Source of the DNA: Veleropilina oligotropha
Taxonomy: Eukaryota
Direction of reading: 5' to 3'
Length of the DNA: 64,000 nucleotides
NCBI GenBank assembly: GCA_048128005.1
Contig: JBEUKZ010000103.1
Span: 1-64,000 of the forward strand
Made by a program: the position numbers and the translations under genes. The notes beneath the pieces are model-generated. The model was not told where the DNA came from and did no database searches. It saw nothing but the letters and a program-made list of their open reading frames with translations. How positions within the stretch are numbered: position 1 is the first letter of the stretch; each line of letters starts with the position of its first letter. Below, one piece after another: positions 61,343 through 64,000 of the stretch.

Positions 61343-62133
61343 TAGGGACACCTTTACCTGGCAACGTTCACCTGTGAAATGATTTCAGCGAGCTGTTTTT
61401 CCAAAACGAGGGTATTACTGTCTCGCACATTCTGCTACGATATAATTCATCTGGGGGACATCACGGAAGTAGAATTTCTTGTACAGAAAAATCCCTATAA
61501 AACTATGTAAAACCTATTTTACGGCAGTGGACATTTAATATCTCTTCCGGTCGGACAAGATTTTGAGCGGGCGAATTTAATTTGTAAGGTTATGTTACTA
61601 CTTTATATTTATTATCGTGAGGTCCCAGTATAATATATTGTAAACTTTGATTTTGTATAAAAGATATATTTTATGACCAATTTTTTAGAATGTCAAATAT
61701 TTTAATACTAATTATAGATCGTTTTGAATTGGTTTTTTCGCCGTCAAAGGATACATCTCATTCATTTGGTTATAATTGAAAATTTTGTAACATCAAAAAT
61801 GCGGATTGCAGATTAGTGCGAAAATTTTGGTAATTTCAGCCACTTATTGTGCTGTATATTATTATTTTCCGCAACTCAAAATTTTTAACGATTCAACTTT
61901 TTCATATAACCCTGACATGACGTCTTCAAACTTGCACTTCCGTTATCAGTCATAAACAGCGAACATAGTGACAAGTGTTTGGTACGAAATGAGTTCTAAC
62001 TCTATTTTAGCGTATGGGTGAGTGATTAATTATAGTAATATATCTTCCATATGGTGACTGTTTTCATCACGACAAATCACCATCATGTTGATTGTGAATT
62101 TAGAACGATTTTTATGTGCCATGGGTGTCCCTA
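61343..62133. mobile_element. Same family, copy B
   Basis: Same TIR and body; TSD ATATTAG. Confidence 0.85.
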
Positions 62134-62879
62134 ATATTAGACATCAGTTATATACAAATATGGATAAAAGTGCTCAATAAATGCATATTTTTGCAAAATT
62201 GTGTCGCGAAAGTTATATACACGACCTACAAATACTCTTGGGAATGTGTGTACCAATTTTGGTGAAAATTGAGCGGGTAGTTTTCAAATAAATCGACGGA
62301 TATATTTATATATATACATAAGTATATATAAGTATATACACACGGACCATTTGATAATGTCTTGTCCTTTTTTACAAAGGTCAACTTCCGTCAAGACATA
62401 AAAATGTTTGGTAACATACAAGCGGCGTTGTGAGACCGCTCCGGCTCGCCACAGAAGGCACGCGCGGCAGGATGCGAAGCTCTATATATAGTGATTGAAT
62501 CATGAACCATTTTTCGAATGTAAGAAACATGATATCCTAAAGCAATAGAGTCTGCCTTTATTGAGCTCCGCAATCTGTCGTCAATCATTTGATGGTTTGT
62601 GCCATATCAAGGGAGAGAACTTTTGAATATGATATTAAAATGGAAACCACAAATCAATAATCATAATAGTAAATGGCACGTAAAATGTGTGCCAAATTAA
62701 CGATATCAAATAATTGTAACGGACACGCGACCCGTCACCGATTCAATTCAAAGCCTTACCGAACAACGTGAGAGAACTCTGATATTCGATGGCAGACGAT
62801 ATTTCACAGACACTAAGGGCGTGATCGATTGACAACTTCTGGAAGCAGAAGCAGTGCCATGGGAGACGTTAATCGGCAA

Positions 62880-63445
62880 TCGAGTCATCGCAAATGTGAA
62901 TCGTAACATTCTCATTTTTGCTACCTCCATTCGCTTCTCCTGCTTAATTCTTTGTCACCGCCACTGCGTCCATGACGTATCGCATTGCTGGCCTAACCAT
63001 CGTCTTATACACCCGTCCCTTAATTCACCCGCCTTGGTACCGTTCTGTCGCACATCTGTTACCTACATCCACCCTGTAGGCCTATATCCATCTAGCCATC
63101 TCTTCAGTCTTTGTTTGAATCTCCACCCTCCACTTCTGATGTTCCCAGCTATCTTGTCTCCACCTCCCGTAAACAGATACTCGATCTTCCTCCACCCTGT
63201 AGGCCTATATCCATGTAGCCATCTCTTTGTTTGAATCTCCACCATCCACTTCTGATGTTCCCAGCTATCTTGTCTCCGCCTCCCGTAAACAGATACTCGA
63301 TCTTCCTCCACCCTGTAGGCCTATATCCATCTAGCCATCTCTTCAGTCTTTGTTTGAATCTCCACCCTCCACTTCTGATGTTCCCAGCTATCTTGTCTCC
63401 GCCTCCCGTAAACAGATACTCGATCTTCCTCCTACTCACCTTCAA
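62880..63445 (-). mobile_element. RTE-type LINE fragment with a ~125-bp internal triplication
   Basis: EVAKMRMLRF motif; three repeats at 63067-63432. Confidence 0.6.
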
Positions 63446-64000
63446 TTTCCTCTATCAAAAATCAAAAGTATATTTGTTTGAATGAGGAAAAATAGTTATA
63501 TGCGTTTTAGTGAAAAAGGTTCATAATTGCATGTTAGTAAGAAATATCGTGTTTGTATTGCCAGAATGCATGAGAGGCCGTTAGGCCTATAATTAATTGT
63601 CAAAATTTTCTGAAAATCAGAGGGTCCGCTTTGTCTCCTTTTGAAAATGCACGTGTTCGATTTTTTTTAATAAACGAATAAATCACTCATATATTTTGTG
63701 AAAATAGTTCATAAATGTTGGTAAGAAATATCGTGTTTTCACTAGCTGTCAGAGTCCAGGAGAGGAGATTTCACACCGTTACATTTCCTTCGCGGACAAT
63801 TCGATTATGACAAAATAAAATAAAAAGAATACTATTTGAGTGACGGTGGTTCATATAAAGTGCTAATACTGACTATAAGTTGCACTAGTTAGCGGATCCA
63901 GGGAGTCTCGACCACCCATTTTGAAAATCAAAAATGCATATGTTTGAATGAGACAAAAAACGAAAGAAATATTTACACATTTTAGTGAAAACGATGTTGG

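Overview
Repeat-dense animal (probably marine invertebrate) genomic DNA, not prokaryotic. It is almost entirely nested mobile elements. (1) 1-6272 is the right part of a Maverick/Polinton: minor capsid-like gene, unknown gene, zinc-finger/poly-Pro packaging ATPase, telomere-like 21-bp arrays, a 784-bp palindrome and an ACTACTACT terminus. (2) A 5'-truncated LINE sits inside the TIR of an IS3EU-like MITE, followed by other MITEs. (3) A decayed Academ transposase is split by a solo LTR and then by a GC-rich, intronless endogenous Polinton-like/adintovirus-like virus (20943-37574). The virus encodes putative major and minor capsid proteins, an A32-type ATPase, an rve integrase, several membrane proteins (one with PSAP+LYPxL motifs) and a secreted 8-Cys protein resembling IL-17/cystine-knot cytokines behind a kB-like site and TATA box. 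It is itself split by a 6.2-kb Ginger1-like element. (4) A second, duplicated copy of the Academ-virus junction and virus (39206-49025) carries largely complementary lesions. (5) CR1/L2-type LINE pieces, a truncated host TRIM-like RING exon and further MITEs follow. No pPolB or protease gene of either virus is visible. All family assignments come from motif recognition by eye; no database search was run.
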